Part shown: one piece after another, positions 44,091 to 61,037 of the stretch | Layout of the letters: every line of letters starts with the position of its first letter | Numbering within the stretch: position 1 is the stretch's first letter | NCBI RefSeq assembly: GCF_009914755.1 | Contig: NC_060936.1 | DNA length: 64,000 bases | DNA from: the human T2T-CHM13v2.0 reference genome, Homo sapiens | Direction: 5' to 3' (one strand) | Notes under the pieces: generated by a model | Told to the model about the DNA's origin: nothing | The model's input: the letters and a program-made list of their open reading frames with translations, nothing else | Databases searched by the model: none | Program-made: the position numbers and the translations under genes

Positions 44091-44944
44091 ACAAATATCC
44101 TGGGACAGGCAGATGAGAATTTGTCTTTCACTCTGCACTTAATAGCTCTTTCACCTTAAGCAAGTCACTTATGTTCTTTGAATCTCAGTTTCACTATCTA
44201 TAAATTAGAGCAGATGATAACCACCGTAGAGGTGTGAAGATGAAGTGAGATATCACATATTATTCCACATCCAGACTGATGTTTTAAAGTTGTGGGACAG
44301 TTTTTCTCCAACTGTAGTGTGTATGCAATTGCTAAGGAAAGATCATTTTTGAAATGCAGATTTTGATAGAGTGGATCCAAGGTGGGGCCTGAGATTCTGC
44401 ATTTCTAATAAGCTCCCAGGTGATGCAAAAGCTGCCAGCACCTCATTCACACTTTGACTTAGCAAGGCTAGAGGGGATACCAAGATAAGTGACAGTGATG
44501 CTTGTCCTTTAGAAAGGAGATTATGCCCTTGTAAAGATAATCTAAATATCCACATACCTTCACTTTCATTAGTGCTACAGGGAGCATGTAAACTCTGAAG
44601 CTATTTGAGATTGGGATAGATGTTGATTTTACTAAACATTATACGAGACAGACCAGCATAAGGTCACATCTGGCTATAACAAAATCATTCAAGGTGTTGT
44701 AACAAGATATACAACTTAGAGAAAGCAATTAGCAATTTAGAATATGAAAATATAGATCATTTTTAACAAAAAAACAAATATCCTGGATCAGACAGATAAG
44801 AATTTGTCTTTCATTCTGCTCCTGAGTAGCTCTGTAACCTTAAGCAAGTCACTTATATTCTTTGAATCTCATTTTCATTATCTATAAATTAGGGCAAATA
44901 ATAACCACCGAAGAGGTGCAAAGATGAAGTGGGATATCGCATAT
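44091..44944. repeat. Direct duplication of about 170 bp of MIR-derived sequence (44091-44260 and 44774-44944)
   Basis: Shared blocks AGAATTTGTCTTTCA, ACCTTAAGCAAGTCACTTAT, TTCTTTGAATCTCA, TATCTATAAATTAG, ATAACCACCG and AAGATGAAGTG are collinear at an offset of about 683. Confidence 0.92.
44298..44467. mobile_element. MER5A-type hAT DNA transposon fossil
   Basis: AAATGCAGATT...GGTGGGGCCTGAGATTCTGCATTTCTAATAAGCTCCCAGGTGATGC. Confidence 0.85.
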
Positions 44945-44999
44945 CAATTTTATGACTGTGCCTGACATATGATAGTCCTTATAAAATACCAGGTCTTCC

Positions 45000-45256
45000 T
45001 TTTCTTTTTTTTTTTATTATACTTTAAGTTTTAGGGTACATGTGCATAACGTGCAGGTTTGTTACATATATATACATGTGCCATGTTGGTGTGCTGCACC
45101 CATCAACTCGTCATTTAACATTAGGTATATCTCCTAATGCTATCCCTCCCCCCTCCCCCGACCCCACAACAGGCCCTGGTGTGTGATGTTCCCCTTCCTG
45201 TGTCCATGTGTTCTCATTGTTCAATTCCCACCTATGAGTGAGAACGTGCAGTGTTT
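45000..45256 (-). mobile_element. Short 3' end of L1PA (L1PA4/5-like)
   Basis: TTATTATACTTTAAGTTTTAGGGTACATGTGCA...CCCACCTATGAGTGAGAAC preceded by poly(T). Confidence 0.93.
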
Positions 45257-45527
45257 CGACAGAAGATTTTCCTTATAACATTAGGGTAAGAGAGGATCCA
45301 TTTTGAATGTTATGTTTGGCACCCTTAACATCTTAGAGAAACAAAAAAGGTTATGAAAATAGAATAAATAACAATGTAGGTAATAAGCAAGTATTTTTGT
45401 CTAAATGAACACTAGACCATGAGTCATAAAGCTAAGCTTTGGTCCAGGATTCAGCATTAACTAGATGTTTGATGTTGAACTTTATTTAATGTCACTGGCC
45501 CTGGTATGCTTTCTACATCACTGTATT

Positions 45528-46013
45528 TAACGCAGAACAGGTGAGACCCAAACTGGGGCTTAGCCCTCAAGGGTTCTTGGCTTTGTTCATGAAAGAGTTC
45601 AGGGGCAAGTTGGAGGTAGAAGAAAACAGCTTTATTGAAGAGGCGGTGTTACAGCTCTGGCATTTATAACTCTGTGACTGCTCCTGCAGGGCAGGGCTAA
45701 CCCATATGCAGAGAGTAGCAGCTTACGGCGGTTTTGCAGTCATATTTATACCCACTTTTAACTACATGCAGATTAAGGGATGGTTTATGCGGAAATTTCA
45801 AGGGAAGTGGTAGTAACTTTTGGGTCATCTGGTCATTGCCCTGGAAAGAGGCAGTAACTCCTGGGTGTTGTTATAGCAATGGTAAACTGACATGGCACAC
45901 TAGGGGGCGTGTCTTATGGAAAGCTGCTTTCCATTGGCCCTGTTTTAGCTAGTTCTCAATTTGGTCTGGTGTTCAAGCCCTGCCTCTGGAGTCTAGTCCT
46001 GCCTCCTACCTCA
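45528..46013 (-). mobile_element. MER66A-type solo LTR (ERV1)
   Basis: Minus strand starts TGAGGTAGGAGGCAGGACTAGACTCCAGAGG and contains GGGTATAAATA and AATAAA. 4-bp TSD TATT on both sides. Confidence 0.8.
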
Positions 46014-46395
46014 TATTCACCTTGTTAAGTACATTATCTTCTTACGGAAATGCATTATCCTTCCATTTCTTTTGATTTTTTTTTCTTTTGGAATATCAGT
46101 AAATTTCACAGAAATATTAAAATTGTAGAATCATTGAATAATTAGAACAAGGATTCTAAACAAGTTTCTTTCCTCCTGAAATCTCTACCAAACACCTTCA
46201 AACAATGTTACAAAGCTTTTAAGAAGTATATGAAATCAATGAACTAATGTTTCTAGTTAGAGAACTTCAATTTTTTTAAGATTACACAGGCATGCACATT
46301 TTCACTGACAATTGAAATTTATTTGCTTTACATGACACTAAGTTGTTCTATTAATAACTAAGATACCAAATATAATTTAGAAATACAAAAAAAGA

Positions 46396-46747
<352 letters not shown>

Positions 46748-47339
46748 TTAAAAAGCAAATCATTTTAAAAGACAAACTACAAAGTACTGTGTGAGCTAAG
46801 CCATTCATAATGTTCTCATGGAGCTAATGGGAAACAAATCTGTTCTTTCAAAATAATTGTAAAATTTCTGTGTAAGAATGAATGGAAAAGGTCATCCAAA
46901 AACTACTTGACTACATATACCTATGGATCTCTATCTAAGTGCTGAAAAATGAATTTTTTTATTCATTTGGTTATGTAGCATTTGTTCATTCTAATTTTGT
47001 TTTGTTCCCTGTCATATCTCTGGTACCTAGAATAATCCCTACCACAGAGTAGGTCTTCCATTACTCTTATGCTTTTAAATCTCCCCTCACCTCATTGTAA
47101 ATGACTTTTGATTTCTCTTTTATGCCCTTTTTATACACCTTTCCCTTATATCTCCATTTATTCCTGAAGCTTCATGGGATTCAGCCATTGAGGTCACTTG
47201 GGTTTAGATATACCAAAAGTCTGTGATTTCTCTGTTTGCATATATGCACATTTGTTGTTATCCTTACCCTTTTCTATCAGTTCCTTACCATAACATACAC
47301 TTAATTCTTGGAAATTCACTCATGTCTTACAAAGATGGC

Positions 47340-47575
47340 AAATTCACACTTCTGCTGTGTATGACACACCATTAACTGCACAAGGACACTGTGTATTTGC
47401 TACGTTAATATTTACTGATGAGTTAATGTAATAATGACCCATCCGCTTCTGCTGCCTGTGAGGTACTTTCTATCTATAGGGATGGAAATTAATGACAGAG
47501 GCTCTCTGAGCTGCCTGATGTCAGAGCTGAGAAAGGTGTGAGGGGTATATAAGAGCTGGATTACTAGTTAGCAAA
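47340..47575 (+). promoter_or_regulatory. IAPP: IAPP proximal beta-cell promoter
   Basis: TATATAA at 47546-47552. TAAT A-boxes (PDX1/homeodomain type) in GTTAATATTTAC (47404-47415), GTTAATGTAATAATGA (47422-47437) and AAATTAATGA (47486-47495). CRE-like TGATGTCA at 47516-47523. Confidence 0.85.
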
Positions 47576-47576
47576 T

Positions 47577-47679
47577 GAGGGGGTAAATATTCCAGTGGAT
47601 ACAAGCTTGGACTCTTTTCTTGAAGCTTTCTTTCTATCAGAAGCATTTGCTGATATTGCTGACATTGAAACATTAAAAG
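47577..47679 (+). other. IAPP: IAPP exon 1 (non-coding); start position approximate
   Basis: Begins about 25-30 nt after the TATA box and ends at donor AAAG|GTAAAG (GT at 47680-47681). Intron 1 is 332 nt. Confidence 0.85.
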
Positions 47680-48026
47680 GTAAAGAATTTCCTATTTCTG
47701 GGAAAGTTTTATTTATTTAGAGAAATGCACACTTGGTGTTAAATTCATGGTTTATTTCAAAGAAAGGCTAAAGGGAGAATGTATTACAATATAAATGTTC
47801 AGATTGCTTAGAGAAGGAAATTGGGAAAGTAAAAATCTCGAAATTACTTGAAAAGTGGACAATATTAAGGGACTGTATCAATAAAAATTTTGATCCTTGT
47901 AAATTACGTTTTAAAAAGATGTTTCTTTTAAAAACTAAGCTCTAATTTAAAATTACATCAATTAGAACTGTAAGAAATCTCTTGATTTCAGTGCTGGATT
48001 ATTCTTTGCAGAAAATTTGAGAAGCA

Positions 48027-48106
48027 ATGGGCATCCTGAAGCTGCAAGTATTTCTCATTGTGCTCTCTGTTGCATTGAACCATCTGAAAGCTACACCCAT
48101 TGAAAG
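48027..48106 (+). CDS. IAPP: IAPP exon 2 coding part (signal peptide and start of the N-terminal propeptide); the exon starts at 48012
   Basis: Acceptor TTCTTTGCAG| at 48011, 15-nt UTR, ATG at 48027. Translates [26 protein letters not shown] plus 'AG', then donor GTTGGT at 48107. Confidence 0.98.
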
Positions 48107-49073
48107 GTTGGTAACTTTAAAATCCTGTTTCTTTGTAACTTTTGTAAAGTGTGAGAAAATTAGAATTAAATACTGTCAAATAACTACAGCCTTAGATTTC
48201 TGACTATATCATGCTTAAGAACAGTACCTTCAGCTATTCCATTGTTCCTTGAATTCTGTGTTCTTTAAAGAATAACACCAGTGGCAAATAAATATCTTTG
48301 ATGGAACTTCTGACAGACAGGAATGGATAATTCCAGTTTTGTCAAGAAATATACTCTTGGAACTTAGAGGGGCAAAGCCAGAACATGAAGCAGGAAAAAA
48401 ATCAAAAGGTAGTAATTTCTTCTATATTAACCTGATACTGAAACAAACCAGAGAAACTTAACTAAAGCATATATTTTTATACCAAGTGGATTCTTTTTGT
48501 ATATATTACTTAGATTTTTGTTTTCCTCAGATGTCTCTGGAAATGTTAAAAACTTTTACATCTTGTGGAAATGGAAATGTATAGAAATAATCAGGAGCAA
48601 ATTAATGTTTTTAAGAAATGAAACCTAAAAGAAGTAGTTAAAAAGCCATTTGCTGTTGGGGGATTTATTCTATATTGCTAGCTAGCTATTCTGTGAGTGA
48701 AACAGATTTATAAAAAGTTATTCTTCTTATTACTTCTAAGCTGCTATAAACTTAATACTTTTTAAAATTACTTTCAGTAGGTAGCATGTATGTCAGGATT
48801 TCCTGGGAAGTCTTATTACGAAAGGTTTCATGTCATTTAAATGGTAATTAAGGACATCTAACAACTATGTCACGTAAAACTCTTAGAGTAGTTAAAATTT
48901 TCAAACTGAGATTTTAAAACTGTAATTTATTTAAAGGGTTATTAAGTTCAAATATGTGCATAAGTCATAAATAACATAGTGAGGATTTGTTTGTGCCTAA
49001 ATTAGTTTTGCTCCATATAGTCTTATGGGACTGAACTTACACACTCTTTAACACCAAGGAGAATTAAGTTTAC

Positions 49074-49200
49074 CTTTGTAAAGAGTGTGCATGTCATATT
49101 ATAATTCTTCTCATTAGAATGATCGTCATCTTGTCTTTGTTTTCCTTCGAGGTAGTTTTTCTTGGAAGCCCATAGCAATATGCAAAGATTTCTACAGCAC
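49074..49200 (-). other. SLCO1A2: Candidate 127-nt non-coding 5'UTR exon of a long SLCO1A2 transcript, antisense within IAPP intron 2
   Basis: Minus-strand acceptor TTCTTGCTATTTATTATACGTAG|GTG at 49202-49201 and donor AAAG|GTAAAC at 49073-49072. Consistent with my recollection that long SLCO1A2 isoforms start beyond IAPP; not verifiable here. Confidence 0.6.
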
Positions 49201-49471
49201 CTACGTATAATAAATAGCAAGAATCATTATCAGAGGCTTTTTGTCATTTCAAGGCTTATTTAGTTTACAGGGTGTTCTTCTCAGAACTGACTGTAATTTT
49301 CTATTTGCTTTTTCTTGGATAAAAATAACTTTTAAAATGACATGAAGTTTCTGATAAGCAGAATATCTGAATGATGACAGGAAAATCAGTAGTATTTCCT
49401 AGTATATCTGTTTATATCTTGATACGTTCTTTCAATAGATATAGAAATTTACTAAGCACTTTTACCCTCTC

Positions 49472-49498
49472 TTTTTTTTATTTTATTTTGAGACAGGG

Positions 49499-49531
<33 letters not shown>

Positions 49532-49803
49532 GTCACCCAGGCTGCTGGAGCACAGTGGTACAATCATGGCTCACTGTAGCCTTGACATTCTAGGCTCAGG
49601 TGATCCTCCCACCTCAGCCTCCCAAGTAGCTGGGACCACAGGCACCTGCCACCATACCCAGCTAATTGTTTTATCTTTATTTTATAGGGAAAGGGTCTCC
49701 CTATGTTGCCCAGGCTGGTGTCAAACTCCTGGGCTCAAGCCTTCCTCCTGCCTCAGTCTTCCAAAATTCTGGGATTATAAGAGTGAGCCACTGAACCCAG
49801 ACC
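49472..49803 (-). mobile_element. AluJ-like with an internal (TC)n expansion at 49499-49525
   Basis: GAGACAGGGTCTC...GCTCACTGTAGCCTTGAC...CTCCTGGGCTCAAGC J-type positions. Confidence 0.92.
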
Positions 49804-52084
49804 ATTATGTTTTTATAGATGTTTGTTTATTATGAGAGAAACTTCACTTAGAAATAGAGCAATATGTAATATAATATTACTTGTTATAAAATTATTTTGA
49901 TGTTAGTCTCACAATCTTTAACTTTGAATTATTAGAAATCTTGTAAAACATTCTTCAAATTGCTTTTTAATATGTTGCCTGAAATGAGTATGTTTGAACA
50001 TTTGTTAAAGGGAGTATGATTTGTCATGCTGAGATGTTAAATCATGTACTATTCTACATATCTCACAGAAAGCTAGGAAAATCTATGTGGAAAATGTGTC
50101 AAATTTTAAACTCTTTTTAAAAAATAAAACTAACATTATTCAATGTCATTTTCCTCACAAAATTTAATCATCTCATTTGAGATTTTTTCAATTTGTAAAT
50201 GTATGAAATAGGATAAAAGGATCACATACTTTCCCACCAACTTTTTTACACTCCCTTGTAAATATCTGCCTGGCAGGTAATCAAAGGATAGTTAAAAATA
50301 TAATTACATAGATGCCAAGATGCAATCACTAGGATCTCCCTGCAGGAGCTCACATACTTCCACAGATGAATGTTAAGGCTGAGAGCAGGGACTCACTTTA
50401 AAGTCATTTTGAAAACTCTGGAGAGACAATTTAAAAGAGAGGCAATTTAAGAGTTATACTTTGGCTTATTGTCATCTCTGTTTAAACTCTCTTAAAGTCA
50501 AGAATTTCCATGTGTGTATGTGCCTGTAAGTGGTCTACAGCTTTAATGTTTGTTACTAGCTCGTATGTTACCTGTCCAGGTAGTCAATGCCTGAAACCAG
50601 GGAGGTAATGCCTTTTATTAACCATTTCAGACAACTTTTTCCATCCTAAAGATTGCTTTAGATAGAATCTTATATATACTGAATAGTATATTTAGATGAA
50701 AAGTCTTTTTTAGAAAAGCAATTTCACAAATATGATAAAAACATAAATGCTTTTACTATTTCTTCTAAGTGGAATGATGGCCCATCTAGCTAACTCAAAT
50801 AAGGTAACATTTTATTTAGAACAATTTTAAATTATATTATTGACCTTCCAACCAATTATCAAAATACCACTCAGCATTTAGCATATAAATTATTTCACAC
50901 TGTGCTTCAGTCATATGCTAAACATATCTTGGAACAGATATTACCTTTGAACCTTCTCAATTTGACCCATAATTTTCCTTTATTACTTTTTTTGAGATGT
51001 TTGGACCAAATTCCAATTTTTACTGTTTTTCAAGAAAAGTAAGTATTTTAGAATTCAATGCAAATGTATGAAATTACTAGTTCAATCCTTAAAGCATAAA
51101 TCACTCTTTTGAAATGTACATTGGTCATATTTATGGTACCTTCAAAAATAAATAATTGAACAGATAGTGTGAATGAGATTGATATAGGTTAAATAATTAG
51201 ATCCCAAAGTGGTTTTCTTTGCCCAGATAATTTGTTCAAACATTTGTCAGCATACACTTACATTCAACAAGTATCCAGTTCACCTAATGCTGTAAGAAGT
51301 TTTCTGTACTTAGGAAGAAATATGGGAGTAAAATTTAAAAAAAAAACAGTTTCACATGAGATTATTAAATATTTACTCTTAGGCTATCTCTACTTAGAGA
51401 TAGAGATAATGAAATACTCCCCACACCAGGTAAACACAATGAGATAAATCCATTGCATTTGAGTCCCAGATTATGCATATCCACTGGCTCCTGGACATTG
51501 AGTTTTTAGCCCTATAACTATTTCATTTTCCATTTACCCTAAGTTTCACCAATATTTTGATTTCTATGGAGCTGAAAACTAAAACATTTCTCTAACTTTC
51601 CTAATAATCAGCAAAGAGGAACCAATGTTATTATTCTGCATCCATTTCCGATATCGTTTTAAAAGCACATTGAAACAAAAGGCTGTCAAAAAAATAGAGT
51701 TGGTATACAAATAAATGTCTTAAATAAAAACATAAGTTAAAATTAAATGAATTATTTAATGTGTGGTTATGATTTCTGAGTTTATAAGTATTATTATGCA
51801 CTTCTTCCAGGTGGCTAGAAAAATGTGATGAATATTAATACCATTGACATAAAAAGTCTTTTGGTTTTAACATTTAACCTAGTCTTATCATTAAAATTCT
51901 TGAAAGCATAAGATCCAAGCAGGAAAATGTATTTATGCTAAAAGTAATAAAACTCTCACACTGCAATAGAGTACCTGAACAGGTGATAGATTTGATTCTT
52001 TTGGAGACTTTATGATATTCTCTTTTTTTGACATACTTTTTATGACATTATTTTTTACTTTATTATATTTCATTTTATTGTTTT

Positions 52085-52420
52085 AAGAACAAAGCATGAT
52101 ATCTACCCTTTTAACAAATTTTTAAGCATGCAATACATTATTCTGGATTATGTGCAAAATGTTGGGCAGCAGATCTCTAGAGCTTAGTCATCTTGCTTGA
52201 CTGAAGCTGTACACCCAATGGTTAGTAACTCCCTATTTCCCCCTCTCCCTTGCCCCTGATAACCACCATTCCACTCTTTAACTCATGAATTTGACTATTT
52301 TAAATACTTCATATACATGGAACCAAGTGGTATTTATCTTTCTATGACTAGCTTCTTTCACTCAACCTAATGTCCTCAAGGTTCATCCGTGTGTTGCATA
52401 TTGCAGAATTCCCTTATGAC
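52085..52420 (-). mobile_element. L1MB-like 3' fragment in IAPP intron 2
   Basis: ATCTACCCTTTTAACAAATTTTTAAG...CAGCAGATCTCTAGAGCTT...ATGTCCTCAAGGTTCATCC. Confidence 0.8.
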
Positions 52421-52875
52421 ATTTCTTGCATAACACTCCTGATTCAATTATCTCAAGGAACTTAAAGACTAAGTAATGCTGCTTTATTCTTATTGGAAAG
52501 ATGTAGAAATAATTATTTTTAAATTTCTTCATATTTCAGATTACATATAAATTTTACCTTCTAAATTCTTTTTATATATTAAAAATAAATTCTTCAAGAT
52601 TTTTAAAAATGTAAGACAAAGACACTGTTATTTTGATTATATGTAATATATTCTGAATTTCCAAAGGAAGACTTTTAACTGAGAAATGCAACATTGACTG
52701 TAATGAAAGATGTTGTATGATTTTCAATTGTTATTTCAAGGTGTCAAAAAAAAATCTCAGCCATCTAGGTGTTTGCAAACCAAAACACTGAGTTACTTAT
52801 GTGAAAATTGTTTCTTTGGTTTTCATCAATACAAGATATTTGATGTCACATGGCTGGATCCAGCTAAAATTCTAA

Positions 52876-54655
<1,780 letters not shown>

Positions 54656-55480
54656 TTGTGATGCTCAATTGTTGGTCCTTCTTTCAAAGTGGCCTCAAAC
54701 CCAATATTTCAAATTGAATAAGGTACAATTAAATTATAATCTCTCAAACTTATTTGAAAAATTTCCCACAATAGTCTACAGTTTTATTGCATATCACACC
54801 TATATATGATATAAATAGGTATAACAAAATATGTAATTTATAATATGTCAAGTTATAATATCAACATTATATTTAGGTTTATAAATATTACATATATGGA
54901 TTTGTTATTTAACATTATAATTTATTTCAATTCCCCCATCTCTCTTTCTAGTGTTAACAAAATTTTAATGAGTGCATATCATGTTCAAGGACATTGCCTA
55001 TGGTAGCATACAATTCCCAGGAATTAAACAAGAAGAATTATGAATAGTAACCCAACAACCTCTGGTGCTAGAGATTAAAACATAGTTAGAGTGATTCTAT
55101 AACACAAAGGTTATTATATGGATACAGCAGATATTAATCGAAGATTTTATTCTGAAGTTTATTCATTCAATTTCTTACGAAAGTGAAACATTTAAACAAA
55201 TTCAGCATTATTTCCTTAGTTAGGTTGGTATTTGCAGCTCAGTAAGGAATCAAATACATAAAGACTGAGAATACATTACTGCCAGGGAGCTTACTGAGTG
55301 TATTCTCTGGTTTCTCACAACTACTTTGGGAAAAAAATAATGAGAATAACTAAATTATTGTAATTGGAGGTACCAACAGTAAAATTTTGGTGACTACGTT
55401 TATCTTAACCTTTCTCATTGTGTCTAGGTACATGAAATCATAGGTACCCTTGAGTAACCTGAGTGAGTTAGGCTTCCAAG

Positions 55481-55799
55481 TGCTAGAATGGGTAGCTAGG
55501 CAACCATGAGCAGGGAAGAGAGGGCCCCCCAACCCAACCCACACCCCCATGCCCCCACTGCCCCAGCCCCCGACCAAGAATTATCAGGCGACTATCAGCT
55601 GATGGTCAGGTGATTGTTAAATTGTCTCTCTAAAATAATAACTGGTCGTAGCCAGCACCAGAGAAAGGTAGACTCCCAATAGGTAGAAAACACCTAAAAC
55701 TGATGATCGGCAGCTTCCAGATAAGATCTCAGAAGTTGGGTGAGTGGGCTTAAGTATGTACACTATGAGAAAAAATGACAGAGTTTAACTGGTATATGA
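55481..55799 (+). mobile_element. MER50-type LTR, 5' part only
   Basis: TGTCTCTCTAAAATAATAACTGGTCG...CAGCTTCCAGATAAGATCTCAG...GAGTTTAACTGGTATATGA, ending abruptly at L1 sequence. Confidence 0.8.
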
Positions 55800-57185
<1,386 letters not shown>

Positions 57186-57190
57186 AAAAT

Positions 57191-57533
<343 letters not shown>

Positions 57534-59373
57534 CTAAGATCACATAGTCAGGATGGATTCAGGATTGAAACTCAGGTATATTGACTCTGAAGTGCAGACA
57601 ATTTCTCTACATCATGTCCAAATAAAAATATTTTTCTTTTACTCCCACTTTGCACTGTGTTTTATTAAATGTCAGACCATGCCAAATCAGTCTGTCTTGA
57701 AACTGGACACACAGGTCAGGCAAAAGAAGAATGGGACTAAAATAGTTATTCACTTTGTCTGATATTGAGAATAACAATCTTTACCCTACCCATTATGAGA
57801 TACTTTTGCTTTGTTTTATTTTGTTTTTTAAGGTTTTAACTGGAAGAAAGTTAAAAAAAATTCAATACACTTATTAAATATTTCCAACACTGAAAGATTG
57901 CTGGTAGCACATCTTTTTTTTCTTCCAAAATCCAAATGGGATTGTCCTATTTTCTTTGTTCCGTATACAACTGAGAACATTTTCTTCTATGGTTCAATAA
58001 AACCTTTGCCGACTAAGTAGACCCACATCCTATAGCTGGTCCCTTAACGTCCTCCCCATGGAATTTTGGTCTATATTTTCATCTGCCTCATTACTGCTTC
58101 CCTTGTGCATTAACCATCCCATACCCCACACTCACCTGCCTCCACGTTCTTGCTTTATACAACTTGCTGCCTTGAAATATCCTTTCCTCACCTCTGGGAT
58201 CTACACTGTACCCTGGTTCTGCTCAAAGACCACACTGTCCATGGAGCCTATCATGATTCTTTCCGTCATACATAGATAAGAGTCTCACACAGATAAGAGT
58301 CTATGTAAATACAGGTCCTGAATTTACATAGACATTCCCTCAGTCACTGAACATGTTTAGTGAGCTTATTTTTATATTTGATATGATATTAGTGGTTGGG
58401 ATTTTGAGACCACCTAGAAGAAGTTCACAGGTTCTACCTTATTTTTTGGTTATGTATGCTCAAGTGTTATTTCCCCATCCAGCCTGTAAACTAACTGAGG
58501 TGAAGGATGTATGAGTCATCTCTGTAATCCCCACAACATTTAAGCCCATTATGTGCCTATAACAGATGCACAATACATATTGGTTGAATACATTTACTCT
58601 AGGAATAATGAAAAAACAAATTATTTTAATATAAATTTATAATTTAATACAGTGTGATTAAGTTGATAGAGTGTGGCATCTTATACTCCCTTTGTAAAAC
58701 GGATAGTAATATCTATCTTGAATAGTTTTCTTGAAGATTAGAAATAAAATATGCAAAGTATCTGGTATATTTTTAATGTCCAATCAGTGATAACTGAATT
58801 AACAATGATAACTACACAAACCAAAGAACAGTATGGTATTACAGTGGGTACTTTCTAAATTCATTTTATTAAGAATTTTAAAAGAGACAGAGAAGAAAAA
58901 AAAGTCAGTCACAAAAGCGGGTACAAAACAATGCAGAGAAAGCTTCAAAGATGAACAAAAAGGAAAATAGAATAATGAAATTAATCTACCCAAATCCTAA
59001 ATGAGATTTGCATAAGTAGATACCTTCCCTGCTCCAATAACAAAATGACACAAAGAAACTTGTACCGCACAACCACATCTAGAATTACGAAATGCTTAAA
59101 GAACCATAAAGATACTGGCTCTGAAAATCCACCACTTCTCTGTGGGAACATTCCTTATGGTATTTAGAACAAAGGTTATCATCAGTAGGAAGTGGCACAC
59201 AAACCCTTAAAAGGATATCACAGACAATATAGAAACAGCATATCTGGTAAGTTTATCAGGGTTGTAAGTAGATTAGAATAGCAGGAAGAAAATCTAAAAT
59301 ACTAAAAAGGTATAATTTAAGTAGTTAGAAATCTTACCACATAGATAACAAACTGCATTAATAAACTTTTTAA

Positions 59374-59746
<373 letters not shown>

Positions 59747-61037
59747 AGATTTTTTTTAAAAACTCTTTTTTACCTTCATGGACATAATGCCCTGATTATC
59801 ATATAAATATATAAATATGAAACCTCTGCAATTGAAATGCTGAAAATTTAGTATAAGTTTACGTGAAAGCTAGGAGGCTGTGGTCCCACATACAGCTATA
59901 ACTGTTATAAAACTCTCTTCTGGTTTCTGATCACTCACTTCTTTGTATTGACTCCATGCCTCCACTTTGTAAATACAAATAACCTGATCAAGCAACAGAT
60001 CTTGAGCAGAAACTCTGTCCAGAATTTACTCCATAACCTTCTATAATTTGAAATTCATTCTTGTGCATAAGTGCTTTTCAGTTGAAGAATCTCTCATTAA
60101 AAGACAAATCCTTCTTGAAATAAAAACTCTCATCAATATCAACTAACAGTTGAAGTTAGCTAACAGCTGGTTAAGAGCAAAGCTCTAAGAGAACAGGATA
60201 GGCACCTTAAGCAAGAACATTGGTAGAGGACTGGTAGGGGTAAACTGTGAGGAAAGCAAAACGGAAAAAGAGCAAAAGAGAAGGGCATGAAGGAGTCCTA
60301 TTACCGTACAATGTCTCTGGTTGGGCTTTGAGACCCATATACATTTGCAATCACTTTTCTTCACACAGCTGGGTGTGATAAGGATTTAAAGCATCTATTC
60401 CACTCTGGTTTTGAAATCCTAATATGTTAACCTGGAGGATGGGTAGAGGAGGCTGGCATGACAAGACAGGGAAAGGAGCAAGACAACAGAAACAGATTTG
60501 TTTTTCTGAAGCTTCATCAGCCTTCTGAAAACAGTATTTGATCCTTACGAGGTGCTTAGAAACCATATTTTTCCAGAACCCCTCCTGCAGAAAAGCCACT
60601 GGAAAATAAAAGAGGATATGAACCAGAACCAAGCCCTTGGAGTACCCAGATATTCAAACTCAGTTTTCAGAGCTTTATTTGATTTCAAGTTTATGATTAT
60701 TATCTGGCTATGCCAAGAGATATTGTCTAAGTGTTTTCAACTTTCATATTGAAGTAAAATTTAAAATGTAAAGAATGTCCTGCTGTGATGCCAAAGAGCA
60801 AAAAGTCAATAGGATACTGAAAGATACTATAGTAGGGTCATTGGTGCAATGGGAAAGACAGGATTTTTGGAATCAGGCAGACCTTTGTTAGGATACTTTT
60901 TTAAAACTTTGAATACATTTCTTGGCTTATTTTTGCTTCAGTTTTCTTATTTATATATTAAAAAAACAATATCTGCCTTGCAAAGATATGAGGATGAAAT
61001 AATGTATAAAAAGCCCTTAGCATATAACAATCCCTAG

